Source: Myxococcota bacterium (lineage in GTDB: Bacteria; Myxococcota_A; UBA9160; UBA4427). Taken from it: a DNA stretch of 64,000 nt. Below, piece by piece: positions 18,891 to 29,294 of the stretch. A model generated the notes under the pieces. It did no database searches and had not been told where the DNA came from. It worked only from the letters and a program-made list of their open reading frames with translations. The DNA is taken from the NCBI GenBank assembly GCA_965250285.1, contig OZ252299.1:2368001-2432000 (forward strand), written 5' to 3'. Both the position numbers and the translations under genes were made by a program. Position 1 is the first letter of the stretch; every line of letters begins with the position of its first letter.

Positions 18891-19667
18891 TCAGCGACAG
18901 TGGATCGAGAGCGGCGCGAGCCCCTCGATCACCACCTCGAAGTGGTCGCCAGGCGCCGGATCGATCATCGGGCCGAGCGCGCCCGACAGCACGACGTCGC
19001 CGGCTTCGAGCGGGCGCCCGAATCGGACCATCGTTCGCGCCAGCCAGACCAGCGCGTTGACCGGGTCGTCGAGACAGGCAGCCCCGACGCCCGTCGACAC
19101 GCCCTCGCCGTTCTTCGAGAGCGTCATCTTCGCGCTGGGCAGATCGACATCACCGAGTGCGCGATGCACGCGCGAGAAGGCGAAGCCGCCACCGCTCGCG
19201 TTGTCGGCGATCGTGTCGGCGAGGGTGATGCGCCAGTCGGCGACGGCGCTGTCGGCGATCTCGATCGCCGCGCCGACCCCGGCGACCGCGGCCTCGACCT
19301 CGGCGCGCGTCGCCTCGGGCGACGTCACCGCACCGGCCATCTCGAAGGCGATCTCGGCTTCGACGCGCGGCTGAATGAAGCGGTCGAGCTCGAGCGTTCC
19401 GCCGTCTTCGCAGCGCGTGTCGGCCCAGAGCATGCCGAAATCGGGCTCGTCCACGCCGAGCTGTCGCTGCACGGCGACGGACGTGAGCCCGATCTTGCGC
19501 CCCGCGAGCCGACGCCCCTCGCTGAGCCACCGGCGCGTATTGAAAGCCTGCACCGCATACGCGTCGGCCACGTCGGCGAGCCCGAAAGCCTCGCTGACGG
19601 GCTCGGTCGGCTCCCCGGTTCGCCGCGCCCGATCGAGTGCGTCTGCGATCGCTTGGGTCGAGTTCAT
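18891..19667 (-). CDS. mhpD: 2-keto-4-pentenoate hydratase (FAH superfamily)
   Basis: DAYAVQ, GRKIGLTS..VQRQLGVDEPDFG, QPRVEAEIAF, IEIADS, DTIADNAS, GDVVLSGALGPM. Confidence 0.88.
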   Translation of the reverse strand: MNSTQAIADALDRARRTGEPTEPVSEAFGLADVADAYAVQAFNTRRWLSEGRRLAGRKIGLTSVAVQRQLGVDEPDFGMLWADTRCEDGGTLELDRFIQPRVEAEIAFEMAGAVTSPEATRAEVEAAVAGVGAAIEIADSAVADWRITLADTIADNASGGGFAFSRVHRALGDVDLPSAKMTLSKNGEGVSTGVGAACLDDPVNALVWLARTMVRFGRPLEAGDVVLSGALGPMIDPAPGDHFEVVIEGLAPLSIHCR

Positions 19668-19692
19668 TCGATGCGTCGCTTCCCGTCGCCCA

Positions 19693-21027
19693 TCAAGCCG
19701 ACCCGAGCCTGCGCACCTGCTGATCGGTGCGCCGGTCGATCCAGCGCAGCGCATGCTGCAGGCCCTGGGCCGCCGCCCAGCGGATCGGTTCGGGCGGCCA
19801 GTCGAAGGTGCGCCGTTCGAGCGCCGACGTCCACGCATGGGTCCGCCCGTCGACGTGGGCCGCCAGCATGTCCCCTACGAGCGTCGCCTGGGCGATGCCG
19901 TGGCCTGCGAAGCCGATGCCGTAGTGCACGTTTCGATGAGCCCCCTCGACACCCACGCGCGGCAGGAAATCGGGCGTGAGGCCGATCCAACCGCCCCAAT
20001 AGCGGGCCACCGGCTGCGCCACGAGCGCGGGGAACCGATCGCGAAACGCCGCGGTGATCTCGGCGAACACCTCTGGATCGCGGCCTTCGGCCAGGCCGCT
20101 GTCCCAGGCGTAGCGAACGCGCTTCGACCCGCCGATGATCGTCCCGCGCGGCGTCAAGCGATAGCTCTCGAGCACCTCGTGCGCGGTGTAGATGCCCTCA
20201 CGACCGCGCCATCCGAGCGCCTCGAGCTGGTCGGCTTCGATCGGTTCGGTCTCGAAGAGTGAGACGCGCAGCGGCACCACAGTGCGCGCCCGGCGCCCCG
20301 CGCGCTTCGTGTATGCGTTCGTCGCAAAGACCGCGGCCCCGGCCCGCACCTCACCGCCCGGGGTGCGCGCCACGACGCGCCGGCCCGCGTCGAACCCGAC
20401 CAGCGGCGTATCTTCGAAGAGGCGGACACCGGCCTCGAGCGCGGCTCGGCGCAGGCCCATGACGTAGCGACCCGGATGCAGCGTACCGCCGCACGCTTCG
20501 AAGACACCGAACCGAAACGCAGGCGGCACGCCGCGCTCGCGCATCTCGCCCGCTTCGACGAACTGGACGTGCGCGCCGAGTTCGCCCGCCACCTCGGCTG
20601 CACGCTTCAGCGTGGCGCTCTGCTTCGGGTGGACGCCCGCCATGAAGTTGCCGCAGGCGTCGTATTCGCACGCGATGCCGAGCTTGCGAATCGTCTCCGC
20701 CGTGTACTCGACCGCCGCGTCGGCGAAACGCACGAGCTGCGTCGCCCGCTCGCGGCCGAAGAAGCGGAGCAGTGTCGCGAGATCCTTGCCGATCGTCGGC
20801 GTCAGATGTCCGGCATTTCGACCGCTCGCTCCAGAGCCGGCGAACGCGCGCTCGATCAGCACGACGTCGGCGCCCTGCGCGCGCAGCGAGATCGCGGTGG
20901 ACAGGCCGGTGTAGCCGCCCCCGACGATCACGACGTCGGTGTCCACAGCGCGATCCAGGGGGCGCTGCAGATCGTCGGGCGAGGCGACCCACGGGCTGAT
21001 CTCGCAGTACACAGGCGGTGTGCTCAT
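19693..21027 (-). CDS. FAD-dependent oxidoreductase, D-amino-acid oxidase/PuuB family
   Basis: DVVIVGGGYTGLSTA, GASGRNAG, LHPGRY, FATNAY, GFAGHG, WPPEP.RW. Confidence 0.88.
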   Translation of the reverse strand: MSTPPVYCEISPWVASPDDLQRPLDRAVDTDVVIVGGGYTGLSTAISLRAQGADVVLIERAFAGSGASGRNAGHLTPTIGKDLATLLRFFGRERATQLVRFADAAVEYTAETIRKLGIACEYDACGNFMAGVHPKQSATLKRAAEVAGELGAHVQFVEAGEMRERGVPPAFRFGVFEACGGTLHPGRYVMGLRRAALEAGVRLFEDTPLVGFDAGRRVVARTPGGEVRAGAAVFATNAYTKRAGRRARTVVPLRVSLFETEPIEADQLEALGWRGREGIYTAHEVLESYRLTPRGTIIGGSKRVRYAWDSGLAEGRDPEVFAEITAAFRDRFPALVAQPVARYWGGWIGLTPDFLPRVGVEGAHRNVHYGIGFAGHGIAQATLVGDMLAAHVDGRTHAWTSALERRTFDWPPEPIRWAAAQGLQHALRWIDRRTDQQVRRLGSA

Positions 21028-21265
21028 CGACGGCCTCCTCGGGCGGCGCTCTCGCGCCCCGCAGCGCGGCGCCCGAGAAGATATCGCCGCCTCGAAGCGC
21101 CGAAATCCTCGGCCGCGCTCGAGCCCGCGCGACGCCCGCCCGGCGCCACGAGGCTCCTGTCCTCCCGCCACCGATGGGCTTCGCCCCTCGTGTCCACGCC
21201 CGAATCGACCGATGAAGAGAGCGGCCCGGCGCCCACCGGGCCTCCACCGGGTTCTGGGAGACACC

Positions 21266-23341
21266 TTGGCCGAATCGGCGAAGAAAGAGACCACCCGCGG
21301 CGCCGGCGAGGCTGCGCTGCCCGACGGCGCGATGGTGGGCAGCGACGACGCGCTGCGCGCGCTTCGGGGCATCTTGTGGACGGCGGTGATCGGCTCGGGC
21401 GCCGCTCTCTTTTTCGGGCTGATCTTCGACGATCGCCCGGCGATCACGGTCGGTGCGCTTGCGCTGCTCTGCCTGCCGGCGGTCTGGTGGATGATCCAGC
21501 GCGGCCATGCCATGGCCGCGAGCGTCGGCATCCTCGGCCTCTTCAACGCGCTGACGGTCTACGCCCTGCTCTTCGGCGGCGGCGTGCAAGATCCGACCGC
21601 CCTGCTCTTTCCCGTGATGATCATCGCGAGCGGCATCCTGCTCGATCGACGGCTCGCCATCGGGGCTTCGGTCGTGCTGGTCGGCAGCTGCATCTCGGTC
21701 GGCCTGGCCGAGCTCGGCGGGCTGGTCGAGACCCGGCTGAGCCATCTGCTTTCGGTCAGCGACGTCGTCTTTCTCTCGGTCCTGCTGATCGCGGCGGCTC
21801 GGCTCGTCTACGTGACCTCGCGCGCCCTTCGCGACAGCATCCATCGCGCGTCGCTGACGCATCACAGCTACGAAGAGATCTTCAACGGCACGGGCGAGGG
21901 GATCATCGTGCACGACCCCGACTCGGGCGAGATCCTCGATGCCAATGCGTCGGCGCTCGCGCTCTTCGGCTACTCGCGCGATCAGCGAAGCGCGTTCACG
22001 CTCGATGCGTTCATCGCGGCGGGCCCGCCCTTCGACCGCGAGATCATGCTTCGGCAGATCGCAAACGCTCGCGACCATGCGATCAGCTTCGAGTGGCACG
22101 CCGCGTTTAGAGGTCGCGAGGCCCACTGGCTCGAGGTGAATCTCCGCCCGGCCGTGATCGAAGGCCACAAGCGAATCGTCTGCGTGTTCCGCGACGTGTC
22201 CGAGCAGCGCGCGCTGCGCGATCAGGTGCAGCAGGCCGAGAAGATGAACGCCGTCGGCCAGCTGGCCCGTGGTGTCGCCCACGACTTCAACAATCAGCTG
22301 ACCGTGATCCTCGCGAACGCCAGCTTGATCGAGGCCGGCGTCGAGGGCGACCCTCAGCTCGCCGAGTACACGCGCGCGATCATCGAGAGCAGTCGGCGTT
22401 CGGCCGACCTCACCCAGCAGCTGCTCGCGTTCGCGCGCAAGGGCCAACGCGACCCCGAGCCCCTCGATGTCGATGCTCTCGTCGCCGACGTGAAGGCGCT
22501 GCTCGAGCGCAGCATCGACAAGCGCATCGAGCTGGTGCACGAGCGATCGACCACGCGGGCGATCATCGAGGGCGACGCGACGTTCTTGCAGAACGCGTTG
22601 CTCAACCTCGGCCTCAACGCGCGCGACGCGATGCCGAACGGCGGCACCCTGCGCTTCGCTGTGTCCACCGATTCGACCGACGAGACGCAGGGTGAAAGTC
22701 AGCGGGTGAAGATCGAGATCGAGGACACCGGTGCGGGCATGAACGAAGACGTCGTCAGCCACATCTTCGAGCCGTTCTTCACGACGAAGGATCACGGCAA
22801 CGGGATGGGCCTGGCTGCGGTCTACGGCACCGTCACGGCCCACGACGGCTCGATCGCGGTCGACAGCGAGCCGGGCCGCGGCACACGCTTCACGATCATG
22901 CTGCCCGGCGCACCCGAAGTCGCCGGCGAAACGCCTCGCATGACCGAGCGAGGCACCCCAGGCCGCCACGCGGGGGTGCGCGTGCTTCTGGCCGAAGACG
23001 AGGCGCCCGTCGCGAAGGTCGCGATCGAGGCCCTCACCCGGCTCGGCTGCGAAGTGACGCACGTGCCCGACGGCGAGCGGGCACTCGAGGCCCTCTGTCG
23101 CCCGACCGAGCACTTCGACGTCGCCGTGCTCGATCACTCGATGCCCGAGCTGACCGGGTTCGAGGTGCTCCAGGAGTTGCGCGCGCACGGGCTCGACCTG
23201 CCGGTCATCGCGACGTCGGGCTACTCGGAAGCGAGCGGCTCGCCCGATGCGCGACGGCCCGACGCGTTTCTGCCCAAGCCGTTCAACCTGGCGACGCTGT
23301 CGAGCGCGCTCGATCGCGTGCTGCGCCCCAGCGCTGGCTGA
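21266..23341 (+). CDS. Membrane PAS hybrid histidine kinase (CckA/NtrB-type with receiver)
   Basis: About 5 TM helices, PAS (ILDANASALALFGYS), GVAHDFNNQL, NARDAMPNGG, IFEPFFTTK..G.GMGL, REC LLAEDE/VLD/KPF. Start is TTG 21266 or ATG 21332. Confidence 0.92.
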   Translation: MAESAKKETTRGAGEAALPDGAMVGSDDALRALRGILWTAVIGSGAALFFGLIFDDRPAITVGALALLCLPAVWWMIQRGHAMAASVGILGLFNALTVYALLFGGGVQDPTALLFPVMIIASGILLDRRLAIGASVVLVGSCISVGLAELGGLVETRLSHLLSVSDVVFLSVLLIAAARLVYVTSRALRDSIHRASLTHHSYEEIFNGTGEGIIVHDPDSGEILDANASALALFGYSRDQRSAFTLDAFIAAGPPFDREIMLRQIANARDHAISFEWHAAFRGREAHWLEVNLRPAVIEGHKRIVCVFRDVSEQRALRDQVQQAEKMNAVGQLARGVAHDFNNQLTVILANASLIEAGVEGDPQLAEYTRAIIESSRRSADLTQQLLAFARKGQRDPEPLDVDALVADVKALLERSIDKRIELVHERSTTRAIIEGDATFLQNALLNLGLNARDAMPNGGTLRFAVSTDSTDETQGESQRVKIEIEDTGAGMNEDVVSHIFEPFFTTKDHGNGMGLAAVYGTVTAHDGSIAVDSEPGRGTRFTIMLPGAPEVAGETPRMTERGTPGRHAGVRVLLAEDEAPVAKVAIEALTRLGCEVTHVPDGERALEALCRPTEHFDVAVLDHSMPELTGFEVLQELRAHGLDLPVIATSGYSEASGSPDARRPDAFLPKPFNLATLSSALDRVLRPSAG

Positions 23342-23414
23342 GCGCGCCGCGACCGTGTGACCGAACGGACCGGGCTGGCGACCTGCGCCCGGAGCCGCGA
23401 AGCTCGCAGTCATC

Positions 23415-24812
23415 ATGGCTTCGACCGACGGCACCGCGCCCGCCCCGCCCGACTGGATCAAGCTGCGAGGCGAGCATCCCCTCGTGGTCTACATCGACCT
23501 CAAGAGCCCCTATGCGTACCTCGCCATCGCACCGACGCGGGCGATGGCGCAGGCGCGCGGTGTCCCCATCGAATGGCGTCCGTTCACGCTCGACATTCCG
23601 AGCTATCTCGGCTCGGCCAAGCTCGACAAGAAGGGCAAGGTCGACACCGCGAAACGCACGAAGCAGCAGTGGTCGGGCGTCAAGTACTCGTACATGGACG
23701 CGCGTCGCTATGCGAACCTGACCGGCAAGACGGTGCGCGGCACGGTCAAGATCTGGGATTCGAGCCTCGCAGGCATCTCGATGCTCTGGGCCAAACGCGC
23801 CGGCCGGATCGACGCGTACATCGACACGGTGTACCCGCCCTTCTGGCGCCGCGACCTCGACATCGACGACGTCGCCGTCCTCGAGTCGTCCCTCGAAGAA
23901 GCGGGCATCGACGTCGCCGGCTTTCGCGCCTTCGCGGACGGGCCCGGTCGCGCCGAACACGACGCGCTGAACGAAGCCGCCTTCGCCGCCGGCATCTTCG
24001 GGGTCCCCACCTACCTCGTCGGCGACGAGATGTGGTTCGGACGCGAGCACCTGCCTCGCGTCGACTGGCTACTCGGGGGATCGGTGGGCGCCGCGCCCGA
24101 CGTCGGCAACGTGTCGTTCGGCCTCACGCCCGGCGCCGCCGAGGCGGCGAGGACCGAACCTCGGCCCCCGGCGCGGACGGGCCTCGCCGCATCGGCCGAT
24201 CTCACCGTGCTGCTCGACCTGCGCCACCCCGCTTCGGCCCTGGCGCTCGAACCCGCGGCCGAGCTCGGCGAAGCGTTGAAGATCGAGATCGACTGGCTCC
24301 CTCACCGCGTGCCACCGCTCAAGGCCCCCTCGCAGCCCGCGCCCGGGGACGATCGAAGCGTGCTGCACCGGCGCCACCGCGCACGTCACATCGCCCGCGA
24401 GATCGACGTATACGGCCACGCCCAGGGCCTCGCGCTCGAGGGGATCTATCGCGACGACGATGCTGCGGCCTTCGAGGAGGGCTGGCTCTGGCTGCGCGAG
24501 CACGCCCCGTCGAAGCTGCTCGACTATCTCCGGGCCGGCCTGCGCGCCTGGTGGGCCGGCACGCTCGACCCGGGCAACGTCGATGCCGTGGCCGAGTTGG
24601 TCTCTGCCCGCGGCTGTGATGCGCAGGCGTTTCGAGCATGGGCCCGCGAGGCGGGCCGGGCCGAACGCGAACGCATCGCCGACGCGCTCAGCGAGCGGGG
24701 CGTGGGCGGCGTGCCCGGCTATCTGATCGACGGCGAGTTCTTCCAGGGCCGGCAGCACCTGCCGATGCTGCGCTGGATCCTCGGCGGGCGCGTGGGGCCC
24801 GGCCCGATCTGA
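23415..24812 (+). CDS. Tandem two-domain DsbA-like 2-hydroxychromene-2-carboxylate isomerase / kappa-GST family protein
   Basis: Domain 1: YIDLKSPYAY...GIFGVPTY...WFGREHL. Domain 2: LLDLRHPAS...GVGGVPGY...FFQGRQHL. Confidence 0.85.
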   Translation: MASTDGTAPAPPDWIKLRGEHPLVVYIDLKSPYAYLAIAPTRAMAQARGVPIEWRPFTLDIPSYLGSAKLDKKGKVDTAKRTKQQWSGVKYSYMDARRYANLTGKTVRGTVKIWDSSLAGISMLWAKRAGRIDAYIDTVYPPFWRRDLDIDDVAVLESSLEEAGIDVAGFRAFADGPGRAEHDALNEAAFAAGIFGVPTYLVGDEMWFGREHLPRVDWLLGGSVGAAPDVGNVSFGLTPGAAEAARTEPRPPARTGLAASADLTVLLDLRHPASALALEPAAELGEALKIEIDWLPHRVPPLKAPSQPAPGDDRSVLHRRHRARHIAREIDVYGHAQGLALEGIYRDDDAAAFEEGWLWLREHAPSKLLDYLRAGLRAWWAGTLDPGNVDAVAELVSARGCDAQAFRAWAREAGRAERERIADALSERGVGGVPGYLIDGEFFQGRQHLPMLRWILGGRVGPGPI

Positions 24813-25028
24813 GCACGCCCGGCCGAGCTCGCACAAGCTCGAGTTTCGCCTCGGCGATTCACCCGAACCCCTTGGATTTGATGGTCTCTTCCGACCGTCG
24901 ACGCCCCCGGCCCCCGACGCCACAGGGCCGCGGCCCCGGGCGTATGTTCTGCCGCGAGCGCCGATCCATCGCGGGTCCGTGACCGACCCGCCGAAGCTGC
25001 TTCCGAACCCTGCTTTGCCGATCGGGCC

Positions 25029-26150
25029 CTAGCCGGCATCGGTCGCAACCGACTCGGCGGCCGACGCCCCCTCGCCTGCCGATCCCGTGCCCAACCACAC
25101 CCGAAAGATGCTGTACCCGACCGCCATGACGACGGCGCCGACGAAGAGGCCGATGATGCCCGAACGCAGCATCCCGCCGATCGCGCCGATCAGGATCACC
25201 GGCATCGGGATGTCCATGCCACGACCGAGGAACATCGGCTTCAAGACCGAATCGCTCGCGCTGACGACGAGCGACCACACGGTGAAGAGCACCTGGGTGA
25301 CCGTGCTGTCCGAGGTGGCGAGGACCCACGCGATCGCGGGGCCGAGCACGATGAGCGGCGGCAGCTGCGCGACGGCGAGCACCAGGACGAGCACCGCCCA
25401 GAGCCCCGCAGCGGGTACACCCGCGAGCACGAGGCCCAGCGCTGCGAGCACCGACTGCACCACCGCCACGCCCAGTACGCCCGTCGCCACGCTCCGAATC
25501 GACTGCGTCGCGAGCGTGACTGCATGCGCGCCCTGCTCTCCCGCCAGCCGGCGGCCAATCGCATCCGCCGCGGCCGCCCCGCTCTGACCATGCAGCAGCA
25601 TCACCCCGGCGACGATGATGGCCGCGACGGTGACGAGGATCGCGACCCCGAGGCTCGACATCGTCGAGAGCAGCCACGTGGCGAAGCTCGCGGGCTCGAA
25701 GCCCGCCTGGGTGAGCGCGGCCGTCAGATCACGCGAAGCGGTCGACCACACTTCGTTGATCCGCACGCCAACGAACGGCCAGTCGGCCACGCCGGGCGGC
25801 GGCGGCGGCAGGTGGAGCTCGCCCGCGTCGACGCGGTTCGTGAGCCACTGGAGACCCTCGTAGAATGACTCCGAGAGCAACCAGGTGGGGATGGCGATCA
25901 GCGCAACGCCGACAGCGATGAAGAGACCGGCCGCCACACCGGTTCGACCGCCGAGCATCGCGGTCAGTCGCTCGTGCGCAGGGCCCAGCGCGACGGCGAT
26001 GACGATCCCCCAGATGACGAGCTCGAGGAACGGAAGAAACAGCGTGAGGCACCAGAGCGCGAGCAGGCCGACGATGACGAGACGAATCGCCACCTCGATC
26101 GCACGGCGCATGAGCTTCTGGTCTTCGGTCTCGACGACGGCGTCGGGCAT
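25029..26150 (-). CDS. AI-2E (PerM/YdiK) family transporter
   Basis: PFLELVIWGIVIAVALGP, DSVLKPMFLGRG, GAIGG...GIIGLFVGAVVMA. Confidence 0.9.
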   Translation of the reverse strand: MPDAVVETEDQKLMRRAIEVAIRLVIVGLLALWCLTLFLPFLELVIWGIVIAVALGPAHERLTAMLGGRTGVAAGLFIAVGVALIAIPTWLLSESFYEGLQWLTNRVDAGELHLPPPPPGVADWPFVGVRINEVWSTASRDLTAALTQAGFEPASFATWLLSTMSSLGVAILVTVAAIIVAGVMLLHGQSGAAAADAIGRRLAGEQGAHAVTLATQSIRSVATGVLGVAVVQSVLAALGLVLAGVPAAGLWAVLVLVLAVAQLPPLIVLGPAIAWVLATSDSTVTQVLFTVWSLVVSASDSVLKPMFLGRGMDIPMPVILIGAIGGMLRSGIIGLFVGAVVMAVGYSIFRVWLGTGSAGEGASAAESVATDAG

Positions 26151-26329
26151 CGTGGCCCTCCTTGTGCACGGGGGTCTCTCAAGCCTAGCGATGGCAGAGG
26201 AGCGGCCGCGCGTGAGGCGATCCCAACGGGTCGCCCCGCTCGGGTCGGCGCGCGCAGCACGGCCGGCCAGACGCTCGGCGCACGCTCGGCCTTTGCTCCC
26301 GCGAGGGCCCGCTGCGGACGTCGATGCGT

Positions 26330-28018
26330 CTAGCGCAGCACCTGGCCCGGCAATGCGCCCGTGTGCTTGCCGCCTTCGAGCAGCACTTCGCCGTTCACGA
26401 TCGTCGCGACGTAGCCCTCGGCCTCGGTCACGTAGCGCTCCGTCTCGCCCGGGAAGTCGCGCACGAGATGGGCGCGGTGCGCAGCCAATCGATCCGGATC
26501 GATCACGAGCACGTCTGCGAAGGCACCTTCTCGCAGCACGCCTCGCCCCTCGATGCCGTGCACGGTCGCAGGCATGAGCGTGTTCCGCCAGACCGCCTGC
26601 TCGAGACTCAGCGGGTCGGGCACCCACTCGGTCAGCAGGCGCGTCGTGTAGTCGGCACCGGTGAACGACGCGAGATGGGCCCCGCCATCCGACGATCCCG
26701 GCATCACGATCGGACTCTCGACGCTCGTGCGCACGACGTGCGCGATGAACTGCGACGCCACATCGTCGCGGCGCGTCTGCCAGCTCGTCTCGAGGTCGTC
26801 GGCGAGGCACACGTCGAGGAACACGTCGAGCAGATCGCCGCCGCCGCGTTGCTCGGCGATCTCGGCCACGCTCATGCCGACCAGTGCCCGGTTCTCCGCA
26901 CACTGGGCCGCCTCGACCTCGAGCCCGCTCCACGCGAATGTCACCGCCCGGCTCTCGGGATCGTCGAACTCGGCGCGAAGCTGCTGGCGCACCGTGGGGT
27001 CGAGCAGAGCGCGGGTGCGCGCTTCACCACTGCGCGTGAGGACGTCGCGCCAGGTCGGCATCTCGTCGAAGACGAACGTGTCCGACAGCTTGAGGTGAAG
27101 CTCGAGGTAGTTCGTGGTGAACATCGGGTGCAGCCGTGCGCCGTGCGTCGTGAAGGCCTCTTCGCAGAAGTCGAGCGTGTCCTTCCAGCCCATCGGGTGA
27201 TCTGCGTTCGGTACGAGAATGTTCAGCTCGATCGGGCGACCCGACACGCGGTACAGGTCGAGCAGCAGCTGGCGATCCTTCTCGTCGTAGCCCTGACCGA
27301 AACTCCGCGGGATGATCTCGACCGCTCCACGGTCGAACTCGGCGAGCACCGACGCGAGCTCGAGAATCTCGTGCGCCGACGCGTGGTTCGACGGCACCTC
27401 TCGACCGTGCTGATCGCAGTGCACGTCGATCTGCGAAGTCGAGAAGCCCGCAGCGCCCTCGCGCATCGCCTCGCGCACCAGCCCCTTCATCGCCTCGATC
27501 TCTTCGGGGGTCGCTTCTCGTTCGGACGCGGCCTCACCCATCACCCAGCGGCGCACGGCGCAGTGACCGACGAAGCTGCCCACGTTGATGCCGATGCGGC
27601 CTTCGAAGCGCTTCCAGTAGTCGCCGAAGCCACCGCCCTCGAACCTCAACCCCTCGGCCAACGCCTTGCGCGACATGCCCTCGACGCGGGAGAGCATGCC
27701 TGCCAGCCAGTCGACGTCATCGGGCTTCGCCGGCGCGAGGGTAAAGCCACAGTTGCCCGCCAGCGCGGTCGTGACGCCGTGCCACGAGGAAGGCGTCGCC
27801 AGCGGATCCCAATCGAGCTGCACGTCGTAGTGGGTGTGCACGTCGATGAAGCCGGGCGTGACCCAACCGCCATCGGCGTCGATCTCGCGCAGGCCCCGTT
27901 CGTCGACGCGACCGACCCGCGCGATGCGTCCGTCCCGAATCGCGACGTCGGCGCTGAACGAGGCCATCCCCGTGCCGTCGACGACGCGGCCACCCCGGAT
28001 CACCAGATCGAAAGCCAT
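26330..28018 (-). CDS. N-acyl-D-amino-acid deacylase family amidohydrolase
   Basis: FDLVIRGGRVVDGTG, PGFIDVHTHYD, GNCG, SDGGAH, TGALPGQVLR. Confidence 0.92.
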   Translation of the reverse strand: MAFDLVIRGGRVVDGTGMASFSADVAIRDGRIARVGRVDERGLREIDADGGWVTPGFIDVHTHYDVQLDWDPLATPSSWHGVTTALAGNCGFTLAPAKPDDVDWLAGMLSRVEGMSRKALAEGLRFEGGGFGDYWKRFEGRIGINVGSFVGHCAVRRWVMGEAASEREATPEEIEAMKGLVREAMREGAAGFSTSQIDVHCDQHGREVPSNHASAHEILELASVLAEFDRGAVEIIPRSFGQGYDEKDRQLLLDLYRVSGRPIELNILVPNADHPMGWKDTLDFCEEAFTTHGARLHPMFTTNYLELHLKLSDTFVFDEMPTWRDVLTRSGEARTRALLDPTVRQQLRAEFDDPESRAVTFAWSGLEVEAAQCAENRALVGMSVAEIAEQRGGGDLLDVFLDVCLADDLETSWQTRRDDVASQFIAHVVRTSVESPIVMPGSSDGGAHLASFTGADYTTRLLTEWVPDPLSLEQAVWRNTLMPATVHGIEGRGVLREGAFADVLVIDPDRLAAHRAHLVRDFPGETERYVTEAEGYVATIVNGEVLLEGGKHTGALPGQVLR

Positions 28019-28055
28019 GATGTCATTCTCCTGCTGTGCGCTGAGGGTCGCTGCG

Positions 28056-29294
28056 TCAGGCGTCGCCCGCCAGTACGACCGGCATTCGGACGATGCCATT
28101 GAAATGCGTCGAGCGCTGACGCTCGGGCTCACCCGCGAGGACGAAGCGCGGGTAGCGCGCGAGCAGCTCCTCGAGCACCACCCGGGTCTCGAGGCGGGCG
28201 AGGCTGGCGCCGAGACAGAAATGCTCACCGTGCCCGAATGCAAGGTGCGGGTTCGCGGCCGGCGGGCGGCTCACATCGAATCGATCGCCGTCGTTCCACA
28301 CCGACTCGTCGCGGTTCGCCGAGCGGTACATCATCGCGACCGGCTCCCCTGCCCCGACCCGTACGCCGCCGATCTCGGTGTCTTCGGCGGCCGTCCGCGC
28401 ATGGCCGTGCACGGGCGTGACCCAGCGCAAGCATTCCTCGACCGCGTTCGGCATCAAGCTCGGCTCGCCGACCAGCTTCTCGCGTTCGGCCGGATGCTCG
28501 ACCAACGCGCGGCACGCCCCCGAGATCAGCGAGCGGGTCGTCTCGTTGCCCGCGACCAGCAGCGTGACGGCCAGCGTCACGACCTCGTCGACACTCAGCC
28601 GAGCACCGCCCGCTTCGGCGTGGACGAGCGCCGAGAGCAGATCGTCGCCGGGCTTCGTGCGGCGGTCTTCGACCCAGCCGCGGATCTGCGCGAAGAACGC
28701 GCCGGCGCACGCCATGGCCTCGGCGACGTCATCGCCGCCGACCTCGCCCGCGTCGAGCAGGATCAGGGCGTCGGCGGCGGCCTGGAAGCTGCGCCAATCG
28801 TCCTCTGGCACACCGAGCACCCGCGCGATGGCGACCGCGGGGATCGGCGCCGCGAGCTCCGAGACGAGATCGATCGGCGCAGTGGCCGACACGCGATCGA
28901 GCGCGTTGCAGATGCGCACCCGCATCCACGACTCGAGCTCGGCCACGCGCCGCGGCGTGAAGACCTGACCGAGCAGCGCTCGCACCCGACCGTGCCGAGG
29001 CGGATCCATGTGGACGATCGTTTCGAAGCCGCTCCCGAGCGCGCTCTGCTCGCCCCGCGCCTTCCGGACCATGTCGATCAGCCGAATGCCCTGACCGCTG
29101 CGGAACAACCGCGGCCGCTTCGATACGGCGCGTACGTCTTCCCAGCGCGTCACGATCCAGACGGGCGAGCCCGGCGCCGGCTCCCAGCGATACAGCGGGG
29201 TCTCGCGACGCATCGTACGGAAGACGGCGTCGACGTCGCCGAGGTAGAACCCCGAGTCTGCAAAGTCGATCGACGCGATCTGGGCCCCGCTCAC
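28056..29294 (-). CDS. Cytochrome P450 (CYP125/CYP142-like)
   Basis: MDPPRH, AGNETT, EECLRWVTPV, YRSANRDE, FGHGEHFCLG. Confidence 0.94.
   Translation of the reverse strand: MSGAQIASIDFADSGFYLGDVDAVFRTMRRETPLYRWEPAPGSPVWIVTRWEDVRAVSKRPRLFRSGQGIRLIDMVRKARGEQSALGSGFETIVHMDPPRHGRVRALLGQVFTPRRVAELESWMRVRICNALDRVSATAPIDLVSELAAPIPAVAIARVLGVPEDDWRSFQAAADALILLDAGEVGGDDVAEAMACAGAFFAQIRGWVEDRRTKPGDDLLSALVHAEAGGARLSVDEVVTLAVTLLVAGNETTRSLISGACRALVEHPAEREKLVGEPSLMPNAVEECLRWVTPVHGHARTAAEDTEIGGVRVGAGEPVAMMYRSANRDESVWNDGDRFDVSRPPAANPHLAFGHGEHFCLGASLARLETRVVLEELLARYPRFVLAGEPERQRSTHFNGIVRMPVVLAGDA

Noticed and set aside
20351..23461. 1036-aa minus-strand ORF, and similar long ORFs such as 27834-30212 +, 26324-28102 + and 40658-42337 -
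   Set aside because: These are antisense shadows of well-supported genes. High GC suppresses stop codons, and the translations have no family motifs.
24813..25028. Possible sRNA or small ORF in a 216-bp convergent gap (also considered 55926-56203)
   Set aside because: I found no recognisable RNA motif, RBS-supported ORF or repeat.
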